A stretch of 63,478 bases of DNA, counting the filler, from Stramenopiles sp. TOSAG23-6 (taxonomy: Eukaryota), in NCBI GenBank assembly GCA_900128565.1. It is 8 parts of 8 records of this genome, joined end to end, with 100 filler letters (N's around TTAATTAATTAA, not from the genome) between each part and the next. Parts side by side here need not be neighbours in the genome. Positions count along the whole stretch, not along the records: positions 17,927 to 26,741 come from LT636412.1; positions 26,842 to 35,656 come from LT636413.1; 6 more parts are not named here. One strand, given 5' to 3'. The notes under the pieces are model-generated. The model did no database searches, was not told the origin of the DNA, and worked only from the letters and a program-made list of their open reading frames with translations. Positions 22,601 to 32,497 of this stretch are shown here, one piece after another. A program made the position numbers and the translations under genes. Within the stretch, counting starts at the first letter, position 1, and each line of letters opens with the position of its first letter.

Positions 22601-24970
22601 TATGATAATCCGCAAGCTGGCGAAGAAGGGCAAGATCAAAAGCTTCGTATTTCGATTATGTGGGAAAAGTCCCTAGAAGAATCAACCAAGCAGGAGAATA
22701 CTGAAGTTGATACAAACCCTAGTGAAGATACAAACCCTAGTGAAGATACAAACAAAGTTGATGAGGCTAATACGAATTCAGATGATAATGGGAACAACAA
22801 TATAGATAGTAATGATACCGAAGGCGAGGAATCAAAACCAAGCAAACTTTTAGGAATCGTGCATAAGTCTCAGATATTATCTGTTGTAGTGAAGAAGTCA
22901 CCTTGGTTTACTGTAGATGCATTGTCAACCATAACAAACGGCCCCTTGGGTAATGATGATATTGCAGAAATGATGACAAAACAATGGAATGAAGTGGAAA
23001 ATCCATTTATTGAAGGAATTAAAGCCGTCCTAGCTCAAATAAGTGCTGATCGTACACTTGCCCAAGTTCACTTGGCGAACAAGCGGTCAGAATTTATCAA
23101 ATTCCTTCAACGACCGGATAATAAACAGAGTCTGGTGGAAGAATTTCAAAAAAGCTTCAATGCAATACCAAGAGATATGCGATACGAAGAGAAGGTAAAA
23201 CATGAACTCAATTTGAGGATAAATGAATTGTGTGAGGCGCTACACAAAGAAACTGAGCAACGCAATGAAGAGGCAGAAGCCAAGATAAATTTCACGAAGA
23301 GTGATATGTGGATGGAAACAGCAACATGGATTATGTGTGCGCATACAATGAAAGCAGTTCGATTATGTGTTGAAAAGTTTTGGCGCCAAACAAAGTTTTT
23401 AAAGGACTTTCAAAGCATTGCTTCTGGAAATATCCCAGAGGCAGGTTCGAATCCAAATGTTGAAGCAGAAGATTCAAATGATACATCTACAGGTTTGGAA
23501 ATGCTCCCACCAGATATAACAACATTATTTATGAAATCTTTACCTCCAAAAGATATGTTTTCTAATCCACCACCAGAGGAGTCATTGACAAGTGATCCAT
23601 TGGAACAAGTTAAGACTGCACTTCAATCTCTTCTTGATAAATTAGAAAATCTATCTCATACTGAAGGGTATGCTTCAAATGGTGATTCAATTGACGAAGA
23701 AGAAGGAAAAATGGATGTAAATGGTCAATCTTTGTTTGCTCAAGGATGGCAAGAGTGCAAGACCCAATTGTCGTTTTGGGTTGATTCTATTTGTACTAAG
23801 ATAGTTACTTCTCTTGTTGAAGATACTACAAACGCATATACTGCAATGGGAAAATTATGCCATGATAGAATGTATCATGAAATATCTGTGATAAAAACTT
23901 TGAAGGCAAAATTATGCAATTGTGTGGACGCATCAGAACCATTAGCACATCCAATATTATTAGACGGTATAACAGCAAGCATTGATCAATCGAAACGTAT
24001 GTACTCATCTGAAGTTGTAAAACATACGGTTGACATACAAGTACAGGATGATGAGTCATTTGATACTTATGCACTTTCACCTAGACAGCAAAATTCTTTA
24101 GTAGAATTATTTAAATCTGCATCGGGTCAAAGAGCTCATATGTTTCCAAGTGTCATAGTTGATATATTCCAAAGACTCAGTAATTCGACAGGTGGTCAAC
24201 TACCAGACATTTGGTTGAAAGCATTATCGTCGCGATCGCGGTGTCAAAATTTTGTGCGGAGTTTTCTTTCTTTAGGTAAGAATATAATTAATTGGAGGGA
24301 CATTTCAATGTTATTATGGAGACTAAGTTTAGGATCATTAGCAAGGCCTGGTGTAGATGCATTAATTGCTCTTTGGAACACTGCAACTGAAGTTGCTGAT
24401 GGCGGATCTACACTGACCAAAGATCAATGGATGGCGCTACCTTTTTGGCTAGACTTGCCCGAAGTCGTCGCGGAAAATATTTATGCTGGAAAATTGGCAA
24501 AAGAAAATTTACATTCTTGTTGGTCGGATAGTATTGGACGAATACGTTACACCGATGCATTGCTTTCGCTTTGTGTCATGCCAAGACAAGTAGGAGATTC
24601 CAATGGAACCACCGCAAGAGAAGGATTTTGGAAGGCTTGTCAGATGACAGGTACTAAAGATGAGAAAGCCATCTCTACTGATACATTACTCCAAGTAATG
24701 GATAATTCAGGTCATGATTTTAAAGCAGTAGACAACTATATGCAAGCATCAAAATTGGATTTTATTTCGCTAGATAAAATTATGCAAATTCTAGGCGATG
24801 TTGCTCAAAGAGATGGAGGTAATGGTATTGTAACTATATACACAGATCATGTAATCACATCTATTTTATCGCCAATTGAAACAGACAACGAAAATAGTCA
24901 AGTAAATGATGATAAAAATGAAAATGAAAACTGCATAGAACAAAATGACGAAAATTTAGACGAAAGTTAA
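19607..24970 (+). CDS. SPEF2: SPEF2/CPC1-like axonemal protein (CH domain plus adenylate-kinase-like domain); in-frame family intron from 21115
   Basis: MSQILINWLNEEL..FRNGYLIGEVL N-terminus; G..HSGKS and GWVLDGFPRT..Q motifs. Confidence 0.8.
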   Translation: MSQILINWLNEELGLSSQVTSVTDDFRNGYLIGEVLYRFNQVGDFKLNFRNLPSANAKIRNFCLLEPALRRMGIQFNSNMAYAIISGNKGPTESLLYEIKMTIDKLKCGPRVGRTRGDGKVEALSNIALKPRKASYDAKQSLHFEKSIRNLVEGENEVQMKAHLNKFGEFTKKQEELRLIENEKEKKAKEQQRLYMQQLSVQRIEAKRRRKLIELDQKRTPKHTHRKKIREQRKIDFENRKIEKNIVEKERKIEEGRNEVIQEISAFEAALERRGGPITGELEALGPGIVSSSSKDEFDARLIGLSSTPFEQRLAANEHLQRMKMAKQSMKFDQSERDRRRVRFLSHVLSSRSKQMQIQNDKWISTLLTRDCNTEVALNSELQIIRRHKNVIVQNREYREGEYRKQEAVDAILFNELEKTLLESYQTGFSANNSRHGKRLMDSLHRCEKAQFQDRFLFCSTILQKCINFAIEIVNQRQLRNSLQDKLPCVNDGDANMNLPRNMYVLFFFKFECFFVRNFVPNDFFFNIFPKYIIRDARTIFGSKLNMSSLTDCVAKQDDAADSPINVGVVSVHNLTPGMEIIAERQTEDFLSQTLQHQSKDKQSVPSGTECATLGQIVDTIQIRTTPVPEKKRPVDIPNFPLQICVVGDSHSGKSELAIHLGNTFGLVVLNVEDLAVDAISIDGDSCGMDIKSTLETGGALSDETVVSLIVEKVKSVADDPMMNGSPDADGCKGWVLDGFPRTAVQCLLLEKAMSGFALDAAEQEKKRRQPSKVAPRPSTSIKEYPPESVFNVVIQLNAPQEVLQRRANGNFVQKSNGNVYHIMDSPPKLQDGVLRELQLLPDESFARVSLPDFLAKENLESPDLKQLQYMFNNYIEIDASQMDKSVILSEATKSVKSFIDKDNEEKQSAKDIEAKKLSDITNFGDIVGNYLSSGETFESPVAPIEADDNTEERQEQEPRENVEGVSGLKWCINESGSATDPDGNVVQLTRLDFETLEYDNPQAGEEGQDQKLRISIMWEKSLEESTKQENTEVDTNPSEDTNPSEDTNKVDEANTNSDDNGNNNIDSNDTEGEESKPSKLLGIVHKSQILSVVVKKSPWFTVDALSTITNGPLGNDDIAEMMTKQWNEVENPFIEGIKAVLAQISADRTLAQVHLANKRSEFIKFLQRPDNKQSLVEEFQKSFNAIPRDMRYEEKVKHELNLRINELCEALHKETEQRNEEAEAKINFTKSDMWMETATWIMCAHTMKAVRLCVEKFWRQTKFLKDFQSIASGNIPEAGSNPNVEAEDSNDTSTGLEMLPPDITTLFMKSLPPKDMFSNPPPEESLTSDPLEQVKTALQSLLDKLENLSHTEGYASNGDSIDEEEGKMDVNGQSLFAQGWQECKTQLSFWVDSICTKIVTSLVEDTTNAYTAMGKLCHDRMYHEISVIKTLKAKLCNCVDASEPLAHPILLDGITASIDQSKRMYSSEVVKHTVDIQVQDDESFDTYALSPRQQNSLVELFKSASGQRAHMFPSVIVDIFQRLSNSTGGQLPDIWLKALSSRSRCQNFVRSFLSLGKNIINWRDISMLLWRLSLGSLARPGVDALIALWNTATEVADGGSTLTKDQWMALPFWLDLPEVVAENIYAGKLAKENLHSCWSDSIGRIRYTDALLSLCVMPRQVGDSNGTTAREGFWKACQMTGTKDEKAISTDTLLQVMDNSGHDFKAVDNYMQASKLDFISLDKIMQILGDVAQRDGGNGIVTIYTDHVITSILSPIETDNENSQVNDDKNENENCIEQNDENLDES
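21115..21204 (+). mobile_element. Introner-like intron, GT-AT (in-frame TAG at 21210 is an alternative end)
   Basis: Near-consensus copy; ACAT direct repeat; 90 nt, read through by the ORF track. Confidence 0.8.
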
Positions 24971-25443
24971 TTTCAATAAATTTAAAATGTTGTAATATTT
25001 TCTGATTACTTGTAAAATGTTTTGATGACGAAATATTTCGTTTTTGTTTTATCTAGATTTGAATGAAATTTATGAAAAATATCCTGTTGTCGAGTATTTT
25101 GAACTCGAACAAGATTGGATATCTTTTCCAGGAAGATTTTCTGTATTCAAATGAAAATGAGGAACGAGATGGTGTAGCTATGCGCTGCAATTGTCATTGC
25201 ACTGCTCACACTTTTCACCTCCAGACTTTAAAAAATATAATCTCGAAATCTCTCGAAATCTAAATCGAAATCAGCTGCGATCGATCAATCGATGATGGCC
25301 GCTTCAGTCTTCTATAATTACACACGTTGATATTTAATTTTGCTACCTCTCTTCCTCTCTGTTCAAAGTCAAGAATTGTACCATTATATATGGTTAATTT
25401 TTGAGTACCTGAATTCACAATTTATATCTTTATTTATTAATAT

Positions 25444-26643
25444 ATGAGTAGGCTTGATGTACACCGAGTCCAAAAGGCAGGTTTAGTTGAGCTTCGTGGT
25501 AGACTGGGTTGGAAAGAACGCTTTGTTGTTCTCGAGCGAGATTTATTCATTTGTTATAAGTCTGCGCCACCACCTGTAGTTATAGGCTGTGATAATTTCT
25601 GTAGCGATGCTATGTTTGAAATATTTTGTGGCATTCCCTCTAAAAGTTTAGAACTCCGTTCAGCCGTAGTTGTAACTTTCGAAGATGAATCTGGAAACCC
25701 TACAATGGAACTATCATCTAAAACTGATTCGTGTTGTTTTACAATCTCAACAACCAGTCAAGGTTCGTATCGTTTCCGCTGTAATAGTATAAGTGAAAAA
25801 AAAAGCTGGTTTGATTTACTTTCATCGTCTAGCTCATTTCAGGGTTATCGTCAATTTGGGCGTAATTCAGTTGCGATTTCCTTAAAAAGTGGACATTCTT
25901 TAGGTGAAGCCAGATTGAGACAAGGTTTTCTACTAAAACGGGGCGCTTTTTTAGGTATAGAAGAGTGGCATCGTCGATATTTCGTTCTAGATGCCTTAGA
26001 TCTACACTATTATACTGAACAACCAACACCTGATTCAAAGCCTCGGGCTAGTTGGAATCTTAATGATGTAATCGTTGTAAGAGAATCCTTACTTAAAAAG
26101 TTTGCTTTCGCCCTTGAAGCTTGTCCTGGGAAGAGTGTAAAGGCGAAACTACGAAGTATAAGTTGTACTGGAATTTCAGAAAACCATCGTGAAAACCTTG
26201 GCATCATTGAAAGTACTAATGGTGAAATTACGAGTGATTCTGGTGGTCGACAATTACATCATCCAAATAGTTCAAATAGTAGAATGATTTTATATTGCGA
26301 AACGTCAAATGAAAAAGATCGAAAAAGTTGGATTTCCGATATTTTGCATAACATATGGTTATTAGCATTAACACCAAATAGTAATAGAAGTGTTGTATCT
26401 CAAAGACATCAAATACAAATGAACTCAATCGATGATTCGTGTGTTGATGGAAAAAATTCTGAATTCTCTGGAATGAAAAGAACCAAAACGAATGAGTCAC
26501 AAGATTTGATTTCCTTTGAAGATCAAAATGAAAAAGAATGTCAATCGTTTCAAAAAAATCAAAAAAATCAAAAACGATGTAAAGAATCGAATTATATTTC
26601 ACAAATTGATAAACAACTTTCGTCGTCAATGTTGTGGAATCAT
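25444..26643 (+). CDS. Tandem PH-domain protein (3'-partial)
   Basis: KAG......R.GWKERFVVL and RQGFLLKRG....EWHRRYFVL with terminal W helices; family intron starts at 26644. Confidence 0.8.
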
Positions 26644-26892
26644 GTATGTTTTATTTTTTTTCAAATTCGTTTTTTTTTCATACGAAATTTTGTACCTAAC
26701 AAATTTTAGTTTTTTTTTTTTTGAAATATTTTTCCAAAATANNNNNNNNNNNNNNNNNNNNNNNNNNNNNNNNNNNNNNNNNNNNTTAATTAATTAANNN
26801 NNNNNNNNNNNNNNNNNNNNNNNNNNNNNNNNNNNNNNNNNGTACCTAACAAATTTTAGTTTTTTTTTTTGAAATATTTTTCCAAAATACAT

Positions 26893-28560
26893 ACAGTTTC
26901 TGAAATTTGGTCCGAACTCGAAACAAAATATCCTGGTCTTTGTCGAAATGATAATCATTCCCATGACATGTTACCTACAAGACGCTATGGGCTAGCAGAT
27001 AAACAAGCAGTATTTACACGTCAGATTCTACGGAACAGGTATGTTTTTTTTTTTTAATTATTTGAAGTTTTTTTTTCGTACGAAATTTCGTACCTAACAA
27101 AAACAAAAAAATATTTTTTTCACAATACAGACAATCTAAGAAATTGTATAGTGCTCTTAATACAATTTTACCTCCTTGGGATGGTTTCACGTATGATTGT
27201 CAGGATATATTAGATAATCCCAAAACTAGTCAAGTAACTGCGAATAGTGTTGTATGTTTTCAAAATTGATTTTTTTACCTATTTTTTTTTGGATCAATTT
27301 TTTTCATAGAAAAAAAATATTTTTTTTTTTCATTGAAAATTTCATACCTAACGATTTTTTTTTCTTGCTCAAAAAAAATATATTTTTCACAATACATGTA
27401 GTTTCACAAGATCGATGGTGCCTTTACCCTCCATCTTTAGGTAATCCTCAACGGCAGACAAATAATCCTGGCGCACATTTAGACATTTGTCCGTGGCAAT
27501 ATTTGTCTATTAATGGGCCAAATCAAACACGAAATGTACGTTTTCATCTTGAATTCATTTTTTTTTTAGTACGAAATTTCGTACCTAACAAAAAACAATT
27601 TTGAAATATTTTTACACAATACATTATTCTGAAGAAACAAATATTGATAATTTAAGGTATAAAAATGGTCTATATGATTTTAGAGCAGAGATCAACTGTG
27701 TGAAAGGAAAATTTGGTCCACATAACCAAGGTATTCTCAACCTCATTGATGCATGTTTTCATCATTCTATTTTTTACTAAAAATTCTTTGTATTACATTT
27801 TGTAATTTTTTGACAAAAAAAAAAGTTTTTTTCAAAAATCATTTTTTAAATTTTTTTTCGTACCAAATTTTGTACCTAATTATTTTTTTTACTCAAAAAA
27901 AAAATATCTTTCACAATACATAATCGTGCTGAAGATGGAGGGACAGCTGTCGTTCCAGGATTTCATAAATGCTATCCCAAATGGAGCCAGTCTCTTGGTA
28001 CTTATAAGGAAAATCGAGTCGGTCAACGTCGCCGAGGGAATTCTTACGTTTTTTCTAATCCCTATGTATATTTTCATTATGAATTTTTTACCTAAAGTTT
28101 TTTTTTCATACGAAATTTTGTACCTAACGAATTTCAAATTTCTGAAATGTTTTTTCACAAAATATGATCCTATTCATAAATTAATGAGAAGGGTTACGTT
28201 ACGAGCTGGATCACTTTTGTTATGGAATCAATGTACTGTTCATGGAGCACAACCTAATACATCTGATAGGCCACGTGTAGCACAATTTGTTCGTGGTTTT
28301 CGATTTGTACGTTTTCAAAATTGAATGTATCTTTTTTTTTAGTGCGAAATTTTGTACCTGACAAAAAAATTAAATTGAAAATATTTTTTCACAATACTTG
28401 GTGAACTTTCTGACGAAAGAAGAAAAGCAAGAGCTAAAAAAATATTACAAGAAATTAAACAAGCAAATTTACTAAAAGAATTAACACCTCTATCCAAACA
28501 CGTTTTTGGTATTGATGAAGATTATACATCGTACCAAAACCTTAACCCTAANCCNACTGT
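26893..28560 (+). CDS. PhyH-like Fe(II)/2-oxoglutarate dioxygenase (5'-partial, end approximate); introns 27039-27130, 27252-27397, 27536-27624, 27751-27921, 28066-28165, 28307-28399
   Basis: HLD, QGILNLID|NRAEDGGTAVVPGFH, RAGSLLLWNQ..VHG..PN.S.RPR. Confidence 0.85.
27751..27921 (+). mobile_element. Introner-like intron, GC-AT
   Basis: GCATGTTTT..GTACCAAATTTTGTACCTAAT..CAATACAT; removal gives LNLID-NRAEDGG. Confidence 0.85.
28307..28399 (+). mobile_element. Introner-like intron, GT-TT
   Basis: Ends CAATACTT; upstream exon ends TT; frame restored. Confidence 0.75.
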
Positions 28561-28659
28561 TTNAAAAAAAAANGAAAAAANGAAANGAAACCATGATCAG
28601 TGTAGAAGGAGATCTGACTTTCAGTTGATTATAAATTAATTTACTTTATTCATAATATT

Positions 28660-29922
28660 TTATACTTCTGGTTGAAGTTCTTCAATTTCATGTTCAGGTT
28701 CAGGTTGAATTATAACATCTTTGAGACGGTTTTCCCCAAAAGGGAGCTCTGCCCCAGGAACCCGATACACAATATCTCGGTTGCCGCGGCGAAGAAGGCT
28801 TTTATGAACGTTTTTCTTTCCCGATATATATTTTTCCCCAATATTATGAATTAGATCCAGCAAAACATGGGGCACTTGAACAAAAGCAAGTAATTGCTCA
28901 GCATTCAAAAGTTTAATATTACGAAAAACACAATTAGGGTTGGCAAACTGAAAAGTTACTCGTCCGTATTTTTCAAACATAGTACCACTCAATCCGTACT
29001 TGTCTTCGATCCTAAATGACATATTACCCGTGGGTATACTTTCGCCTCGGGGGCCAAATTTTTCAAAACATTCATTTAGGCCAACGTTTCCCAATCCTAC
29101 AGCTTCAGGCATTTGGCTAAATAAATCAAATATATGTCCAGCTGTTTTGTTCAATTTGGCTATCTCGCTTGCGTCCTCTGGACTTCCTATCATAGCCGTT
29201 AACAAAATATCTGGATTTTCTCGCATAAACTCTGGAACGTATCCGAAATCCAAGTCGTCTTCTAGAGCGGTCTTTACTACGTCAGCATCATGTTTCAGTC
29301 TGTCAGATAAAAGTTGAAACATCTGACTTTTGATTCCACTAGACATGAACCTGGCTTTATCATCAAAAATATTCAAATGATTGCAATTTTCTTTTAGAGA
29401 TTCATATTGAAGCATTTCACTAGGGTGACAAATTCCTACGCGAAGTGATAGCATAGCAGATATAACCTCCTCATCACATTGCATGTCAACTGGAATTCTT
29501 TCATAGTTCAGTTTAGAGCGGTATAATGTCGCGACAAGAACATCTCGATCAACCTGTAAAGCTCTCGGTATTTTTTTAAGAATCCAATCGCAATCCTCTG
29601 CTGTAGATTCAGTATCAGCATGTCTTTTCAATAGCGCAATTACCACGTCTTTATCGTTTACCAACTCGCCAACGTCTTTCCATATAGTGCTTGAAGTGTC
29701 ATAATAATTGAAACGAGTAACCTCTTTTATAACTTGGTCCTTATCATGCCAGTCTATTGCGTCGCGCAAAATAGAGCTTTTATTGTAAGAATCAGGATCG
29801 CCCATTTTGTCGTGCCAAAGAGAGTGGCGCCAAATAGAGCTGTTATCGTCAGAATCCATTGCTTTGGTTGTAAAACAAAGAATCGCCATCGCGCTTAACA
29901 CAAGTATAGCTTTTGAGATCAT
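28660..29922 (-). CDS. Secreted protein with DUF4116-like repeats
   Basis: Signal peptide; repeated D[KR/E][DE]VV..AL units; intronless. Confidence 0.7.
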   Translation of the reverse strand: MISKAILVLSAMAILCFTTKAMDSDDNSSIWRHSLWHDKMGDPDSYNKSSILRDAIDWHDKDQVIKEVTRFNYYDTSSTIWKDVGELVNDKDVVIALLKRHADTESTAEDCDWILKKIPRALQVDRDVLVATLYRSKLNYERIPVDMQCDEEVISAMLSLRVGICHPSEMLQYESLKENCNHLNIFDDKARFMSSGIKSQMFQLLSDRLKHDADVVKTALEDDLDFGYVPEFMRENPDILLTAMIGSPEDASEIAKLNKTAGHIFDLFSQMPEAVGLGNVGLNECFEKFGPRGESIPTGNMSFRIEDKYGLSGTMFEKYGRVTFQFANPNCVFRNIKLLNAEQLLAFVQVPHVLLDLIHNIGEKYISGKKNVHKSLLRRGNRDIVYRVPGAELPFGENRLKDVIIQPEPEHEIEELQPEV

Positions 29923-30246
29923 TTTCAAGGTGATAAATTTTGATGATTACTTGGATCAATCAAAATTGTGGTACCTGTCTATAGAATCTAATCTATAGAG
30001 ACACACTGACTGACGCTGACTGACTTCTTGGTAAAAAGTACACTATGAAGTTCACCCTTCTTTCAGCATTCTTTGAAACTTCTTTTGAAATCAGGACAAA
30101 ACTCACTATACAAAATCACGAAATCCGATAATAAAAATAAAAAAGTGATCGACACGTGCTGGTCATACTTTTAGTTCATCCTATTATTTCACACTAGTCC
30201 CTGAAATACTTATTCTTGTTCGAATACCAATACATTTTCTTTCACG

Positions 30247-30564
30247 ATGCGCATCTTTGCTGCCGTAAGACGCATAGCTACACATAGTAGAGGCAGTGCT
30301 CTTCACACTAGTAGAAAGTCACATCGAGGTCCTCACTTTGGAAACGTTGGTGGAGAGTCTATGAGTCAAGGGTCAATGGGTTCAACTATGGGCGGCTCCG
30401 GTAGAAGGTCCATGGGCTCAGATAGTTTAGGAGGCTCTGGGACATTCCGTACTCATGCTCAACGCAATGCTTTACGGCGTGCGAAAATTGGTGGTATGGT
30501 AGCTTTAGTTGATTCACGTGACTTATTCCTTGCATGCTTGGGCGATGACGACGACGGAACGTAA
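30247..30564 (+). CDS. Small protein with presequence-like N-terminus ending DDDDGT; canonical intron 30561-30723 within the last codon
   Basis: Arg/Ser-rich N-terminus; GTAAGT..CAG intron. Confidence 0.6.
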   Translation: MRIFAAVRRIATHSRGSALHTSRKSHRGPHFGNVGGESMSQGSMGSTMGGSGRRSMGSDSLGGSGTFRTHAQRNALRRAKIGGMVALVDSRDLFLACLGDDDDGT

Positions 30565-31316
30565 GTTATTTTTTACCTCATACACTTTGTGTTTCTTTCT
30601 TCCAAAATAGTTTCCCTTTGTTTCATTTAGTAAGTATACACCTCACCGAGTTCTCCACATTCCATCATATCATGAGATTTAATAGTTAACGAGTAATTTG
30701 CGGTTTTATTTTCTCATATACAGATAATAAGTTGGCTGTCATGTTCCTCTTTTGCTCGTGAGCTCTGGTCTCTCTATGGGTATTAGTAGTACTCTCAGTC
30801 TTATTGCTGGTCTATTTGGTGTGATATGTCAGTTCTCACAAAGCCCACTCCACCTGCGTTGTCGATTATTTGGAATCATGTGTCTATAAATACGAACGAT
30901 TCTCCTGTATTAAGTATTACTCTCACACAGGACGGTGACGCCATCTCCATTTTAAATATTTTCATTTGCAATTTTCATCTTCAAAATAAATTAATATATT
31001 AGAATTTAGATTGTTTTTATTCGATAATATATTCTACTTTGAAACGTACTATTCAACCTAGCCGGCTTGCTTGCATGATCGAATTAGTGGCCTAAATGTA
31101 AGATATGCAGTTAACATCATGGTCATGGTCATGGAAACAAACGAATTCATCGAGCGGGCTAGTCACACGTGGCATTAAAATTTAAAATACTACTTTGGAA
31201 TATACGGGTACCGGTATAAATGCTACCTTGGTAGTCGAGTCACTTTTGTCCAACGACCGATTAAACCCTTTATTGCTGGACATCGATCGATCAATCGATC
31301 AATAGCGGATACTCTA

Positions 31317-32309
31317 ATGAGTGATGTCGAAGAAGAATATCAAGTTCCACTTGAAGCTTTCCCAAAGGAAGGTCCTCGGCACTACATATTTCGCCGAGTT
31401 CATGGGGAAGATGTACTTCAAAATGTGAAAGAATTGAAATGTGAGGGCGGTCTTGAAGTCTCTTCTAAAGGGGATAGCGCGCTTCTTTACGCCAAGTTTG
31501 GAGAGGAAGGGGGGCATGGTGGTGAAATTCGTGCTATCATGTACAACATAGATCCGGAAGATCTGAGTTACAACAACTCCAGAGAAGTTTTTCCGAGCCA
31601 CAAAAAAGCATTCTTTCGTGCTGACGCTTCAACAGCTTGGGTTGACTACGGCGTGTGGAACGGTCCCATTCACCGCAGTGGAGGGCTCGGTTGTGGATTC
31701 ATAGGTCAGGTTTGTGAGTTTGGTGCCCATTACGCAGAAGCAGGGAAAGTGGGTGACCTGGCGGAAGATCCTTGGTCATTCAGGGGAATTACTGCACTTA
31801 TCAGTGTGGTGGACGAGCCACCGATTGAATCGATTCCTGAAGAACATCGACATTTAATACCACCTGAATTTAAACCGCTACCGAAAGGTACCCTTTTATT
31901 CACTTTATATTTCGATGATGGATCAGGTCACTATGGTAAAAGCGCGCCTATTCCTTTAAATCTTATGTTTGAACCAGTAAAGGAATGTGATGCTACTGTA
32001 TCAGTTGTACGTCTTCTTTTTCAATTTCGAACTTATTTTTTTTGGTACGTAATTTCGTACCTAACAATTTTTACAAAAAAAAAATTCACAATATATGTAC
32101 CGCCCCACGTTGCGGAGCATATCCGGAGCATAAAGAAAAATAAGAAAAAAGATCAAAAAGTTGGAGGTGACAATCATGAAAAAGTTAGAGATGACAATCA
32201 GATGAAAAAAAGTATCAATAAAAGAGACGCATCTACTCAGGAATTTCAACCAAATCAAAAAATGAAGCAAAATAATCCAAACAAAAAAGCTAAACATAAT
32301 ATAAAATGA
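31317..32309 (+). CDS. Hypothetical protein; in-frame family intron 32007-32096 (GT-AT)
   Basis: Long ORF with coding-like composition; 90-nt T-rich insert carrying the core motif. Confidence 0.7.
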   Translation: MSDVEEEYQVPLEAFPKEGPRHYIFRRVHGEDVLQNVKELKCEGGLEVSSKGDSALLYAKFGEEGGHGGEIRAIMYNIDPEDLSYNNSREVFPSHKKAFFRADASTAWVDYGVWNGPIHRSGGLGCGFIGQVCEFGAHYAEAGKVGDLAEDPWSFRGITALISVVDEPPIESIPEEHRHLIPPEFKPLPKGTLLFTLYFDDGSGHYGKSAPIPLNLMFEPVKECDATVSVVRLLFQFRTYFFWYVISYLTIFTKKKFTIYVPPHVAEHIRSIKKNKKKDQKVGGDNHEKVRDDNQMKKSINKRDASTQEFQPNQKMKQNNPNKKAKHNIK

Positions 32310-32497
32310 AGATTTTCACATCTACAAAAGAAATGATTTAGGTACAAAATTTCATAGTAAAAAAATACTTTCAAATTCAAGCTGTTGCATCAAAATATAA
32401 ATTTTATTTATTTGTCTCTGAAATTTCTTCATTTTTTTTCAATTTCAATTTTTTTTATTTGTTTTTCGTACAAAATTTTGTACCTAGCTAACAAAAT

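Noticed and set aside
26644-26892. PH domain plus PhyH fusion across the gap
   Set aside because: The similar intron ends are just the repeat family; contigs are length-sorted, so the adjacency is artificial.
26842-28399. CRISPR-like array of the palindromic core
   Set aside because: Eukaryotic context, the intervening sequences are coding exons of irregular length, and there are no cas genes.
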